A stretch of 64,000 nucleotides of DNA from assembly GCA_963817895.1 (NCBI GenBank), contig CAWFQB010000005.1:800001-864000 (forward strand), in the 5' to 3' direction. Source of the DNA: an uncultured Chthonomonadaceae bacterium. GTDB taxonomy: Bacteria; Armatimonadota; Chthonomonadetes; Chthonomonadales; Chthonomonadaceae. Shown in pieces: positions 50,051 to 58,882 of this stretch (position 1 is the stretch's first letter; each line of letters starts with the position of its first letter). The notes under the pieces are model-generated. The model worked only from the letters and a program-made list of their open reading frames with translations. It ran no database searches and was not told the origin of the DNA. The position numbers and the translations under genes are program-made.

Positions 50051-51110
50051 GGAAGAAGAGGAGAAGATACGAGATACGAGATACGAGATACGAGAAGGAG
50101 AGGAATCCCTCTCAACTCTCAACTCCCTGTATGCGGGCGTGGATGTTGGCACGAACTCCGTGAAGATGATTGTGGCGGATTTGGGAGAGGGGCGGGCGGA
50201 TCGCGTCTTTGAGCAGACTATTGTAACCCGGTTGGGCGAGGGGATGCAGGCGCAGGGCAACCGTTTGCGCGAAGCTGCCATGCGCCGCACCCTTGACGCT
50301 CTTGCGGAACTCGTGGACGCGGGACGGGCGCATCAGGCGCGCGCGTTTGCGGCGGTGGGGACGGCGGCATTGCGAGACGCGGAAAACCGTGACGATTTTT
50401 TGCAGAGGGCGCAGGAGCGAATGGGACTGAGCATTGACGTAATCCCCGGCGAGGAGGAGGCGCGATTGTCGTATCTGGCCGTGCGGCGCGACCCGCACTG
50501 GCGCGGGCAGGCGCATTTGCGCGTGATTGACATCGGCGGCGGCAGCACGGAGATCATCGAAGGGACGCCCAACGGGAACAACATCGCTTCGCGCATCAGC
50601 GTCAACTACGGGGCGGTGAAATTGACCGAGCAGTTTTTGCGCTCCGACCCGCCCACCGTTCAGCAGTTGGAAGACGCCAATCTTGCCGTACTCAAAGCAT
50701 TCGCGCGTATTGATGAGGAGGCTTTCCACTCCGCCGATACAGGGAGTGATAAGCCTGCCGCAACCGCCTTCGCGTCCTCGCAAGAGTATGCGCTGGTGGG
50801 GGTGGGCGGAACCGTCACCAATCTCGGCGCGATGGATCAGGGCGGCAAACTGGGCGACGAATCGCTCCACGGGCATCTGCTGACAGCCGACCAACTGGGC
50901 GAACACATTGACCGTCTGGCGACCCGGACTGTGGCGCAGCGGCTGGAACTCCCCGGCCTTGATCCACGTCGGGCTGACATCATTCTGGGAGGCGCGATCC
51001 TGCTGGCGCAGGCATTGTCCCGTCTGGATGCGCCCTCCCTCGCCATCAGCACGCGCGGCCTCCGCTGGGGGTTGCTGTATGACCGTTTTCAACAGGAGGT
51101 AGATGGGTAG
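50043..51110 (+). CDS. ppx: Ppx/GppA phosphatase (ASKHA domains only)
   Basis: DVGTNSVK, TRLGEG, TAALRDA.N, GEEEA, DIGGGSTE, GVGGT, RRADII, GLRWG. GATACGA array in its first codons. Confidence 0.92.
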   Translation: MTEEEEEKIRDTRYEIREGEESLSTLNSLYAGVDVGTNSVKMIVADLGEGRADRVFEQTIVTRLGEGMQAQGNRLREAAMRRTLDALAELVDAGRAHQARAFAAVGTAALRDAENRDDFLQRAQERMGLSIDVIPGEEEARLSYLAVRRDPHWRGQAHLRVIDIGGGSTEIIEGTPNGNNIASRISVNYGAVKLTEQFLRSDPPTVQQLEDANLAVLKAFARIDEEAFHSADTGSDKPAATAFASSQEYALVGVGGTVTNLGAMDQGGKLGDESLHGHLLTADQLGEHIDRLATRTVAQRLELPGLDPRRADIILGGAILLAQALSRLDAPSLAISTRGLRWGLLYDRFQQEVDG

Positions 51111-51183
51111 ATGGTAGATGGTAGATCAATCAATCGTGGTTTTCTACTCACCTACCCATCTACCCATCTACCCATCTACCTAC
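51098..51183. repeat. Inverted pair of GGTAGAT(G) arrays between ppx and the HD gene
   Basis: GGTAGATGGGTAGATGGTAGATGGTAGAT ... ACCTACCCATCTACCCATCTACCCATCTACC. Confidence 0.9.
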
Positions 51184-51189
51184 TCAACC

Positions 51190-51810
51190 ATGAACCCAAA
51201 ACTCAACGCAATTCTGGAACTGGCGCGTCGTTATGATTATGACGCGGGACACGCGCATCAGGTGGAGTGCCTGGCGGGAACGCTGTTTATGGAGCTTCAG
51301 TCGCTGCATCAACTGGAGCGCGAAGACCGTAAACTGCTGGAGTACGCCGCCATTCTGCACGACATCGGCTATTATGTCAGCAGCAAGGGGCATCATCGCC
51401 ACGCCTTGCAGATGATTATGATGGAGCCGCTACCCGAGTTTACGCGGGAAGAAAAAGCGATTATCGCCAATCTTGCCCGCTACCATCGTAAAGTCCTGCC
51501 GACTATCGAGCATACCGCCTTCGGGATTTTGTCCGAGGGCGATAAGCAGCGCGTGGGCCTGCTTGCGCCCCTGCTGCGGCTTGCCGACGCGCTGGATCGG
51601 GGCCACAACAACCGCGTACAGGAACTGTTTTGCGACATAAGCGACGACGTGGTACTGATTTACGCGGGCGCGGAAGCCGAGTTGCCCGAGGAAGCCCGCG
51701 CTCTGGAACAGCGCGGCGACATGTTCCGGCACGTTTACCGCCGCGACCTGCAATTGCGCGTCCTGCGTCCCCGTCTGCCTGCCGCAAGCGCAGTGATGGT
51801 CGAGGGGTAG
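51190..51810 (+). CDS. HD-domain protein equivalent to the Ppx/GppA C-terminal domains
   Basis: HAHQV..LA..LF, AAILHDIG..VS..GHHRH, ARYHRK, LRLADALDR. Confidence 0.88.
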   Translation: MNPKLNAILELARRYDYDAGHAHQVECLAGTLFMELQSLHQLEREDRKLLEYAAILHDIGYYVSSKGHHRHALQMIMMEPLPEFTREEKAIIANLARYHRKVLPTIEHTAFGILSEGDKQRVGLLAPLLRLADALDRGHNNRVQELFCDISDDVVLIYAGAEAELPEEARALEQRGDMFRHVYRRDLQLRVLRPRLPAASAVMVEG

Positions 51811-51815
51811 TCACA

Positions 51816-52205
51816 TTAAGCGTCAACAATAGCCTCGGCTTCAATTTCTACCAGCATGGCAGGGTCAATCAGGCGGCTGACCTGTATCATGCTGGTGGCG
51901 GGGCGAATCTGACTGAAAAACTCGCCGTGCGCTCTGCCGACAGACTCCCAATTGTCGATATCAAGCACGTACATGCGCGTTCTGACCACATCTTCTAATC
52001 CGGCTCCCGCCCTCTTCAAAGCCGCTTCGATGTTGTGAATAACCTGCACGGTCTGCGCGTAAGCATCGCCCGCGCCGACAACCTTGCCCTCCGCATCCGT
52101 CGCCGTTGTGCCGGATACATGAATTACATTCCCCACCCGTACCGCCCGCGAGTAGCCGACAATGGGCTCCCACGGCGTTCCCGAACCAAAATGTTGTCGC
52201 TGCAT
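51816..52205 (-). CDS. RidA/YjgF family protein
   Basis: [28 protein letters not shown]. Confidence 0.93.
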   Translation of the reverse strand: MQRQHFGSGTPWEPIVGYSRAVRVGNVIHVSGTTATDAEGKVVGAGDAYAQTVQVIHNIEAALKRAGAGLEDVVRTRMYVLDIDNWESVGRAHGEFFSQIRPATSMIQVSRLIDPAMLVEIEAEAIVDA

Positions 52206-52245
52206 GTTCGCCTCCCTGTTTTGGAAAAAGATATTTTACCCGGCC

Positions 52246-52292
52246 TTGACAATTTCGTGATGGCGCGGTACTATATCGTCAATTCCCGATAT
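52246..52292 (+). promoter_or_regulatory. arsR promoter with overlapping palindromic operator
   Basis: TTGACA(52246)-N17-TACTAT(52269); ATATCG-N8-CGATAT at 52273..52292. Confidence 0.75.
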
Positions 52293-52298
52293 GAGGAT

Positions 52299-52730
52299 AT
52301 GAGCGTGAATGATTTAGTTTTACTTGGCAAGGCGCTTGCTGACCCCACGCGCATTCGTATTCTGGCTCTGCTGCGCGGCGGGGAGTTGTGCGTTTGCGAG
52401 ATTGGCGACGCGCTGGAGATGAGTCAGTCTACCCTGTCCACGCACCTGCAAACTATTCGGCAGGCCGGTCTTGTTTCCACCCGTAAAAACGCGAAGTGGA
52501 GTTATTACGGCCTTGAGCCTGCCGCTCTGCCCGTTTTGGAATCTATTTTCGCGCATTACCAGGACGTTCTTGATGTAGACCAACGCTTGAAGCGCGACCA
52601 TGAGCGCGTGGAATGTCGCCTGCAATTGCGGGTGAACGGCTGCTGCGTTATCGGAATTGCGGCTCTGGAAAACAGCCTGATGGCAGGCTGTTGTTCGGAA
52701 ACTCAAACGAAGGGAGGTGAAGCGAAATGA
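52299..52730 (+). CDS. ArsR/SmtB metalloregulator
   Basis: KALADPTRIRIL, ELCVCE, SQSTLSTHL..GLV, plus two C-terminal CC pairs. Confidence 0.93.
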   Translation: MSVNDLVLLGKALADPTRIRILALLRGGELCVCEIGDALEMSQSTLSTHLQTIRQAGLVSTRKNAKWSYYGLEPAALPVLESIFAHYQDVLDVDQRLKRDHERVECRLQLRVNGCCVIGIAALENSLMAGCCSETQTKGGEAK

Positions 52731-52846
52731 CTCTGATTGAACTTACGCCCATCGCGGCAACGACGGAAACGGAGGGCGATTGCTGCCCGTGCCAATGCGA
52801 TTGCGAACCCGGCTGCAAGTGCGGCGGCTGTCCGTGCTGCGAGTAA
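52727..52846 (+). CDS. 39-aa Cys-rich metallothionein-like peptide (not in the ORF track)
   Basis: GGGAGGTG RBS, ATGA overlap with the arsR stop; MTLIELTPIAATTETEGDCCPCQCDCEPGCKCGGCPCCE*. Confidence 0.8.
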   Translation: MTLIELTPIAATTETEGDCCPCQCDCEPGCKCGGCPCCE

Positions 52847-52852
52847 TTTTTA

Positions 52853-52970
52853 CCGGATGTTGAAAACACCCGGCAGAAAAGTGCAAGCGTCCTGCGGACG
52901 CGGGAATCTTGATAAAGAGTCGCGTCCGCAGGACGCTTGTTTTGTTGAGACGGGGATTTTCAATCCCCGG
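52853..52970. repeat. Compound palindromic REP/REPIN-like element (second copy within 54628..54829)
   Basis: TTGAAAA..CC, GCGTCCTGCGGACGC, GCGTCCGCAGGACGC, GGGGATTTTCAATCCCCGG. Confidence 0.8.
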
Positions 52971-53107
52971 TAAGCCCCGAATGACTCAAACGCTTTAAAG
53001 TTGAAGCGCTTTTCCATCGGTGATAAAGAGGAACTTCTTGCTGTCGTGCCGAAACATACGCGCAGATGTTTTCAGCAAAATGCGTTACGTGGGGAGTGAA
53101 AAGACTT

Positions 53108-54622
53108 GTGACGAACTCGAAAGTGTGCGTGATCGGGCTGGACTGCGCCGCGCCCGAACTGGTATTTGATTTGTGGGCCGATTTGCTGCCTAATCTGTGC
53201 GGCCTGATGCAGTCCGGCATGTATGGGCCATTGGAGAGTACGACGCCTCCGATTACCGTACCCGCGTGGATGTGCATGATGACCGGCAAAGACCCCGGCA
53301 CTCTGGGCATTTACGGCTTCCGCAACCGCCGCGACCACTCCTATGAGGGGCTTGCGTTCGCGTCCGGCAAAATGGTACAGGAACCGACGCTGTGGGATGT
53401 GCTGGCGGAACACAGCAAGCGTACCATCGCGCTCGGCGTACCCCTTACATATCCTCCGCGTCCCATTCACGGCCTGCTTGTCACCGATTTTCTGGCTCCC
53501 AATGTGGACAGCGATTACACCTACCCGCCGGAACTCAAACACGAAATCAAAGAGGTGGTAGGCGAGTACCTGTTCGATACCCGCGAGTTTCGCACGGAAG
53601 ACAAGGCGAAACTGCTGGATGATATTTACACCATGACCGCCCGCCGCTTTCAACTGGCGCAACATCTGATAACCACCAAGCCGTGGGACTTCTTCATCAT
53701 GGTGGAAATGGGGCCAGATCGAATCCATCACGCCTTCTGGAAGTATTTCGACCCCAAGCACCCCAAATACATCCCCGGGAACCCCTTTGAACACGCCATT
53801 CGCGATTACTACATCGCCCTCGACGCGCATATCGGGCAACTGCTTTCCACACTGGACGAAGACACGCGCATTTTGATTGTGTCTGATCACGGCGCGAAGC
53901 GAATGGATGGCGGCCTGTGTTTCAACGACTGGCTGATACAGGAGGGCTATTTAACGCTCAAGGAAACGCCCACTCCCGGCACAAAGTTTTCGCCCGCGCT
54001 CGTGGATTGGACGCGAACCAAAGCGTGGGGCGACGGGGGCTACTACGGACGTTTGTTCCTGAACGTGCAGGAGCGCGAACCGCAGGGCATTGTGCCGCCT
54101 GAAGACGTGGAAGCCCTGAAAGTGGAACTGACCACCAAACTGGAAGCCTTGCCCAATGAACACGGCAAGCCACTTGGCAACCGCGTTTTCCGCCCCGAAA
54201 CGCTTTACGCCCAATGCCGCAATGTCGCGCCCGACCTGATCGTATACTTTGGCGATCTGCACTGGCGCTCTGTGGGCAGTCTGGGCCATCCTCAAATCTG
54301 GACACACGACAACGACACCGGCCCCGACGACGCCAACCACGCGCAGCACGGCATTTTCATTATGGCAGAAGAAAAGAAAAGGAGAAAAGGAGAAGAGGAG
54401 AAAAGGAGACCCAATCCACAATCCACAATCCACAATCCACAATCGGGTTTGTCCCTGTACGATGTCGCGCCGACGGTTTTGAACGCGATGGGGATTGCGG
54501 TTCCGGCAGGGATGGGACGCAACGCGATTGGAACTGCGCCGACTCTGCGCCCGGACAGCGCGTATAGTGAAGAGGAAGAGGCGGAACTGGCGCGGCGATT
54601 GGAAGATTTGGGATACTTGTAA
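53108..54622 (+). CDS. Alkaline phosphatase superfamily (type I phosphodiesterase/NPP-like) protein
   Basis: IGLDCA, PPITVPAW..M.TGKDPG, DRIHH, VSDHG, H...GIF, RLEDLGYL. In-frame repeat insert at 54368..54443. Confidence 0.9.
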   Translation: MTNSKVCVIGLDCAAPELVFDLWADLLPNLCGLMQSGMYGPLESTTPPITVPAWMCMMTGKDPGTLGIYGFRNRRDHSYEGLAFASGKMVQEPTLWDVLAEHSKRTIALGVPLTYPPRPIHGLLVTDFLAPNVDSDYTYPPELKHEIKEVVGEYLFDTREFRTEDKAKLLDDIYTMTARRFQLAQHLITTKPWDFFIMVEMGPDRIHHAFWKYFDPKHPKYIPGNPFEHAIRDYYIALDAHIGQLLSTLDEDTRILIVSDHGAKRMDGGLCFNDWLIQEGYLTLKETPTPGTKFSPALVDWTRTKAWGDGGYYGRLFLNVQEREPQGIVPPEDVEALKVELTTKLEALPNEHGKPLGNRVFRPETLYAQCRNVAPDLIVYFGDLHWRSVGSLGHPQIWTHDNDTGPDDANHAQHGIFIMAEEKKRRKGEEEKRRPNPQSTIHNPQSGLSLYDVAPTVLNAMGIAVPAGMGRNAIGTAPTLRPDSAYSEEEEAELARRLEDLGYL

Positions 54623-54627
54623 GGAGA

Positions 54628-54829
54628 AGTGAGAGTACATTTCACTCCCGAACACATTCTTGCCAGGGGTTGAAAACCCCTGTCTACACGGCCTGCGGCC
54701 AAGCGTCCTTCGGACGCAAATGCTTATTTTGCAGTGAATCGCGTCCGAAGGACGCCTGGCGGAACGCCACTCAGACGGGTATTTTCAATACCCGGAAAAA
54801 TGTGTCCGGTAGTGAAATGTACTCTCACT
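54628..54829. repeat. MITE-like element with about 30-bp terminal inverted repeats around a REPIN-like core
   Basis: AGTGAGAGTACATTTCACT..GAACACATT / AATGTGT..AGTGAAATGTACTCTCACT; core resembles 52853..52970. Confidence 0.85.
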
Positions 54830-54846
54830 CTCACCTGAAATTGACT

Positions 54847-55686
54847 ATGTGGACAGAACAGCATTTAGTGGAGGATTTGCGGCGGATCGGGCTGACGGAG
54901 GGCGCGAATGTGCTGGCACACGCCTCGCTGCGGGCGGTCGGCGCGATAGAGGGCGGGGCGGAAACGCTGGTTCGCGCGTTTCGGCAGACGCTGGGGCCGT
55001 CCGGCACGCTGCTTGTTCCAACCTTCTGCGAAGATCATCGCGACCCGGCAGAATGGGAAACGCCGCCGGAAGCGAACGATCTGGAGCGGATGCGGGAGAT
55101 CGTGCCGCCGTATGTCCACGCCTCGCCCTCGACAACCCTGCGCTCGACGGGCGTATTCCCTGAGATTGTCCGGCAGCAACCGGACGCCCTGCGCAGCGAG
55201 CATCCGGCGTTTTCGTTTGCGGCTATCGGAGCCAACGCCGCGTTTCTCACGCAGAACGCGCCCCTGCACTATCCGCTTGGCACGGGCAGTCCGCTGGCTC
55301 GCCTGCATCAACTGGACGGCTATGTGTTGCTGATTGGCGTGTCTCACGCGGTCAACAGTTCCGTGTATCTGGGCGAAGTGTGGGGAGACGCGCCGTATAT
55401 CCACCGTTCCCGAACGGTCAAAACCGGAATCGGCGAGTGGACAAGCATGAAGGGCAGCCCGGAGTGCAGCGCGGGCTTTGTGAAAATCGAACCTTTATTG
55501 CGCAACTGCCGCGTTTTGCGCCACGACTACATCGGCAACGCGCCCGCTCAACTGATGCGGCAGCAGGCGGTTGTTTCGATGGCGATTGCGCTGTTACAGG
55601 GCAATGCCGCCGCGTTGCTATGTAACGATGCGCAATGCGCGACATGCAACCTTGCCCGCCGCTTCACCGCCGAACAGTCGCGCTAA
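54847..55686 (+). CDS. AAC(3)/YokD family N-acetyltransferase
   Basis: HASL..VG..GG, GTLLVPTF, G..PE..R, RSEHP.FSFAA.G, SPLARL, VLLIGV. Confidence 0.88.
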   Translation: MWTEQHLVEDLRRIGLTEGANVLAHASLRAVGAIEGGAETLVRAFRQTLGPSGTLLVPTFCEDHRDPAEWETPPEANDLERMREIVPPYVHASPSTTLRSTGVFPEIVRQQPDALRSEHPAFSFAAIGANAAFLTQNAPLHYPLGTGSPLARLHQLDGYVLLIGVSHAVNSSVYLGEVWGDAPYIHRSRTVKTGIGEWTSMKGSPECSAGFVKIEPLLRNCRVLRHDYIGNAPAQLMRQQAVVSMAIALLQGNAAALLCNDAQCATCNLARRFTAEQSR

Positions 55687-55704
55687 ATCTCTTTTGCGAA
55701 GTTG

Positions 55705-56592
55705 TTAACGGAGCGGAAAAAGAAACTTGAGCATGTCGCCGACGCGGGCGGCCCAGGACGCTTCGTTGTGTTCCGCGCCCTCGGCTTCCACGTACTTCAA
55801 ATCCTGTTCCAGTTTCCAGCCGTCTGCAAGCAGGGCATCGCGCAGGGAGCGCGCATCGTCTACGTTCTGCTGCCAGTCCTCCTGCCGCCCCTCATGCGTT
55901 CCCATGTCCAGCCAGATGCGCAGGCGGGGCTTGAACTTCAGACTTCGCGCCTGCCGGATAATGGCCTGCTCGTCCCACCACGCGGACGGCGATACGATTG
56001 CCAGTTTGCCGAACACGCGCGGATATTTTAGCCCAAGATAGAGCGATACCAGCCCACCGAGGGAAGACCCGCCCAACCCGGTATTCATGGCGTCGCGCCG
56101 CGTCCGGTACGTTTTATCAATAAAGGGTTTCAGTTCCTCCACCAGCATACGTCCGTAAGCGTCCGCGCTTCCGCCCCGGCCCCCTTTGTCCCGCGTGGGC
56201 GTGTATTCCGCCATGCGCTCGCCCGAATTGTAAATGCCGACGATAATGAGCGGCTGAATTTTTCTCGCTTCAATCAAATTTTGCGCGGTTTCGTCCACGC
56301 GCCACTCCTGCCCCGGAATAAACGAGGTCGCGCCATCGAACAGATTTTGCCCGTCGTGCAGATACAGAACCGGGTAGCGCGTATGGTGGTTCCGCTCATA
56401 GTCCGGCGGCAGGTATACGAGAATGTCCCGGTCATGCGATAAAAAGCGCGAATGGAACTGCGCGTGTGTCTGGATGCGCCCCGTCAGCGTGTGCGTCCGG
56501 CCCGGGGACGCTTCCTGCCGCCCCGCCCGAACCGCGCGGTGAAACGCCACGAAGGACACAATCAGCAGCAGTCGAAACAACCCTTGAAACAA
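55705..56592 (-). CDS. Alpha/beta-hydrolase esterase
   Basis: VYLPPDY, YPVLYLHDGQN, GSSLGG, HNE..W. Confidence 0.92.
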   Translation of the reverse strand: MFQGLFRLLLIVSFVAFHRAVRAGRQEASPGRTHTLTGRIQTHAQFHSRFLSHDRDILVYLPPDYERNHHTRYPVLYLHDGQNLFDGATSFIPGQEWRVDETAQNLIEARKIQPLIIVGIYNSGERMAEYTPTRDKGGRGGSADAYGRMLVEELKPFIDKTYRTRRDAMNTGLGGSSLGGLVSLYLGLKYPRVFGKLAIVSPSAWWDEQAIIRQARSLKFKPRLRIWLDMGTHEGRQEDWQQNVDDARSLRDALLADGWKLEQDLKYVEAEGAEHNEASWAARVGDMLKFLFPLR

Positions 56593-56808
56593 TGCTTTCG
56601 CCCTTCTGATACCGGCTTATGAAAAGCCGGTTTGCAGGCCTTCGGCCAGTCGTTTTGCGGACGAAATATTCTTGTGCAGGAAATTATCTACGTAGATTAA
56701 TTCGCCGAAAGTTTTCTCGCGCCATCAATGGCAGACTGCAGCGCGTCGTTCCAACATTTCGATGTATACTGGATTAAACGCTGATAGTTCCAGACAGAAA
56801 CAATTAAC

Positions 56809-57723
56809 ATGGCGCAAACTACGCCCACAACCGCAGAAACGGACGCGAACGCTGCCGACTGCATACGGCTGTTGGGCAGTCGAAAGGCGGCGGAACGCGA
56901 CGCGGCGGAACGGAAATTGCGGCGCATGGGCGCGGCGGCAGTCGAACCCCTGTTGGCGTTAATGAAACGGGAAGACCATCGGTTGGCAAAGCGCCATCGT
57001 ATCGGGCGGGGAATAGAGTGGTATTTTAGAATGGCGCTATGGAGCGGTGTTCCCCTGTGTTTCCTTTTGCTGGTACTTCATGTCTCTTGCCCGGACTGGA
57101 TGGGCCGCTTCTTTTTTGGCAGTTTCGCGTTGTCCATGTTCTACAACATATTTGTTGAGTTTTGGCTGACGACGGGTACGCGAAAACATCGTCAGGCAAT
57201 CCGTATTGTAACGGACAGCGAAGACCTGCGCGTTGTCGGGCCGCTTTGCGCCTTTCTGCCGCACCGCTTATCCCCGGAACGCGCTCTCATTAAGTTGCTG
57301 CCGCGCCTGCGGGCATCAGACGCGCATCTGCTGAACGCGCATGAACGCGCCTGCCTGTATGAACGCCTGCGGACGAATACGCGCGGCTCGTTTCAGGGAG
57401 GGTATGCTGAGGAACTCACCCTTGCCATTCTGAAGGCGTTGGAGCAGATCGGGGATGGGCAGGCCGCGCTGTATGTCTATCAGGCCGCAAAGACCGCGAA
57501 ATCGCCCAAAGTGCGTGAAGCCGCCTCAAACTGCCTGCCCTACCTGATGCAACGCGCCGAACAGGAACGCGCCACCAACAGCCTGCTGCGCCCCTCCCAT
57601 GCCGCCGACGTTTCCGACAAAACCCTGTTACGGGCGGCGCAAAACACCCCCGGCGCAGAACCGCAACAACTCCTCCGCGCAAGCATTGCCGAAGGCTACA
57701 TACCCCCTGATGTATCGGATTAG
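56809..57723 (+). CDS. Membrane HEAT-repeat protein with triple LLR tail (paralog of 5738..6787)
   Basis: AAVEPLL, two TMs, ILKALEQIGD, LLRPS..LLRAA..EPQQLLRAS. Confidence 0.75.
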   Translation: MAQTTPTTAETDANAADCIRLLGSRKAAERDAAERKLRRMGAAAVEPLLALMKREDHRLAKRHRIGRGIEWYFRMALWSGVPLCFLLLVLHVSCPDWMGRFFFGSFALSMFYNIFVEFWLTTGTRKHRQAIRIVTDSEDLRVVGPLCAFLPHRLSPERALIKLLPRLRASDAHLLNAHERACLYERLRTNTRGSFQGGYAEELTLAILKALEQIGDGQAALYVYQAAKTAKSPKVREAASNCLPYLMQRAEQERATNSLLRPSHAADVSDKTLLRAAQNTPGAEPQQLLRASIAEGYIPPDVSD

Positions 57724-57735
57724 GACCAATACTGT

Positions 57736-57791
57736 TCAAAAAGAACATTGTAGGGACACAACAAGTTGTGTCCCTACAATGTTCTTTTTGA
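57736..57791. terminator. Perfect 27-bp hairpin with GTAG...CTAC REP-like core between convergent genes
   Basis: TCAAAAAGAACATTGTAGGGACACAAC-AA-GTTGTGTCCCTACAATGTTCTTTTTGA. Confidence 0.8.
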
Positions 57792-57834
57792 GGTCAATTG
57801 GCTGATTTAAATGGTATTGGGACACTATTTCGTA

Positions 57835-58554
57835 CTATTTCGCCGCCGTCGCTTTCAGGGAAGCGATCCATTCCGTATTCAGGTCGTCCAGCGTTTTGCC
57901 GGTCAGGTCGTGCCACAGCGATTCTTTGTACGTGTCGGCTCGGAGGGCGGCATCAAGTTTCTTCACAATGTCTTTGTCGTACTTGTGGAGTGTCCAGTCC
58001 AGAAACGCGCCGGTTGTGCGGTAACTGTCGCGGGCAGTCGCTTTGTCGGGGTTGGGATGCGGGCGCTTGTCTACAGGCTCGAAGTTGAACCAGCGCACCC
58101 AATCGGCAATGCCTTCGACAAGCCAGACGGGATCGTATTTCGGGTAACCCTGCACTACATGCGTCAGTTCATGCACCACCATGCCCAAATCGTCGGGATG
58201 CTTGCGTATCCACTCGGGCGACATAGCGATACGGGTTCCACTAGTAGCGGCCACGCCCTTGTAATTGAAATCCATGACAAGGGTGATATTGCTCGGCGGG
58301 TTGCTGTTCTTCGCGCCCAACAGGGCAACGATGCGCGGATACCACTTCTTAGCGGTGGCATTGGCCTGCCTGGAAAATAAGTTGAGTACCTTCAACTGCG
58401 ATGTATCATTGATGATACGCGGCATTTTAGTTTGTTGTATATTCGTTGGCGGCGTGTCCGTTTGCGCCTGCAACACGCAGGGCAGGCAGAGCGTTCCAAG
58501 CAGGACAGCGGAGAAGCGGGCGGAGGCGAAAGCGCGTGAAGCCGAAAATGGCAT
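57835..58554 (-). CDS. Basic secretory protein (BSP) family peptidase
   Basis: Signal peptide, GVAATSG, HELTHVVQ, WLVEGIADWVR, SY..TG.FL.W. Confidence 0.88.
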   Translation of the reverse strand: MPFSASRAFASARFSAVLLGTLCLPCVLQAQTDTPPTNIQQTKMPRIINDTSQLKVLNLFSRQANATAKKWYPRIVALLGAKNSNPPSNITLVMDFNYKGVAATSGTRIAMSPEWIRKHPDDLGMVVHELTHVVQGYPKYDPVWLVEGIADWVRWFNFEPVDKRPHPNPDKATARDSYRTTGAFLDWTLHKYDKDIVKKLDAALRADTYKESLWHDLTGKTLDDLNTEWIASLKATAAK

Positions 58555-58882
58555 GAGTGGAATAATCCCTTCTTGTCTTGAATTCAGGATGATGGCGATT
58601 CCTGTGATTACAACTTTTGTTTGCGCCGAAAGTTCTCTGCTTGCCGTACACAGGCATGACATAGAGTTCGCCATTCGTATCCCGAATCCTGCTCGATTCT
58701 GCTGATGTTGCCGGGAAGCGGTACAGGCCGATCATAACCTCACTGTCCTTGAATCTTGTTTATAAAACCCCTCTTTTCGCGGCAGGAACCCTTTCCCCCA
58801 ATATACAATATAAGAGGTGAAGTCCGCAGCGCAAGTCAGCGCGGCGGTTTATCTCCCGCCTGTCAGGAAGGACAGTTCACCG

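Noticed and set aside
54847..55686. Aminoglycoside resistance gene
   Set aside because: YokD-like chromosomal homologs are widespread and substrate cannot be inferred; no resistance-island context.
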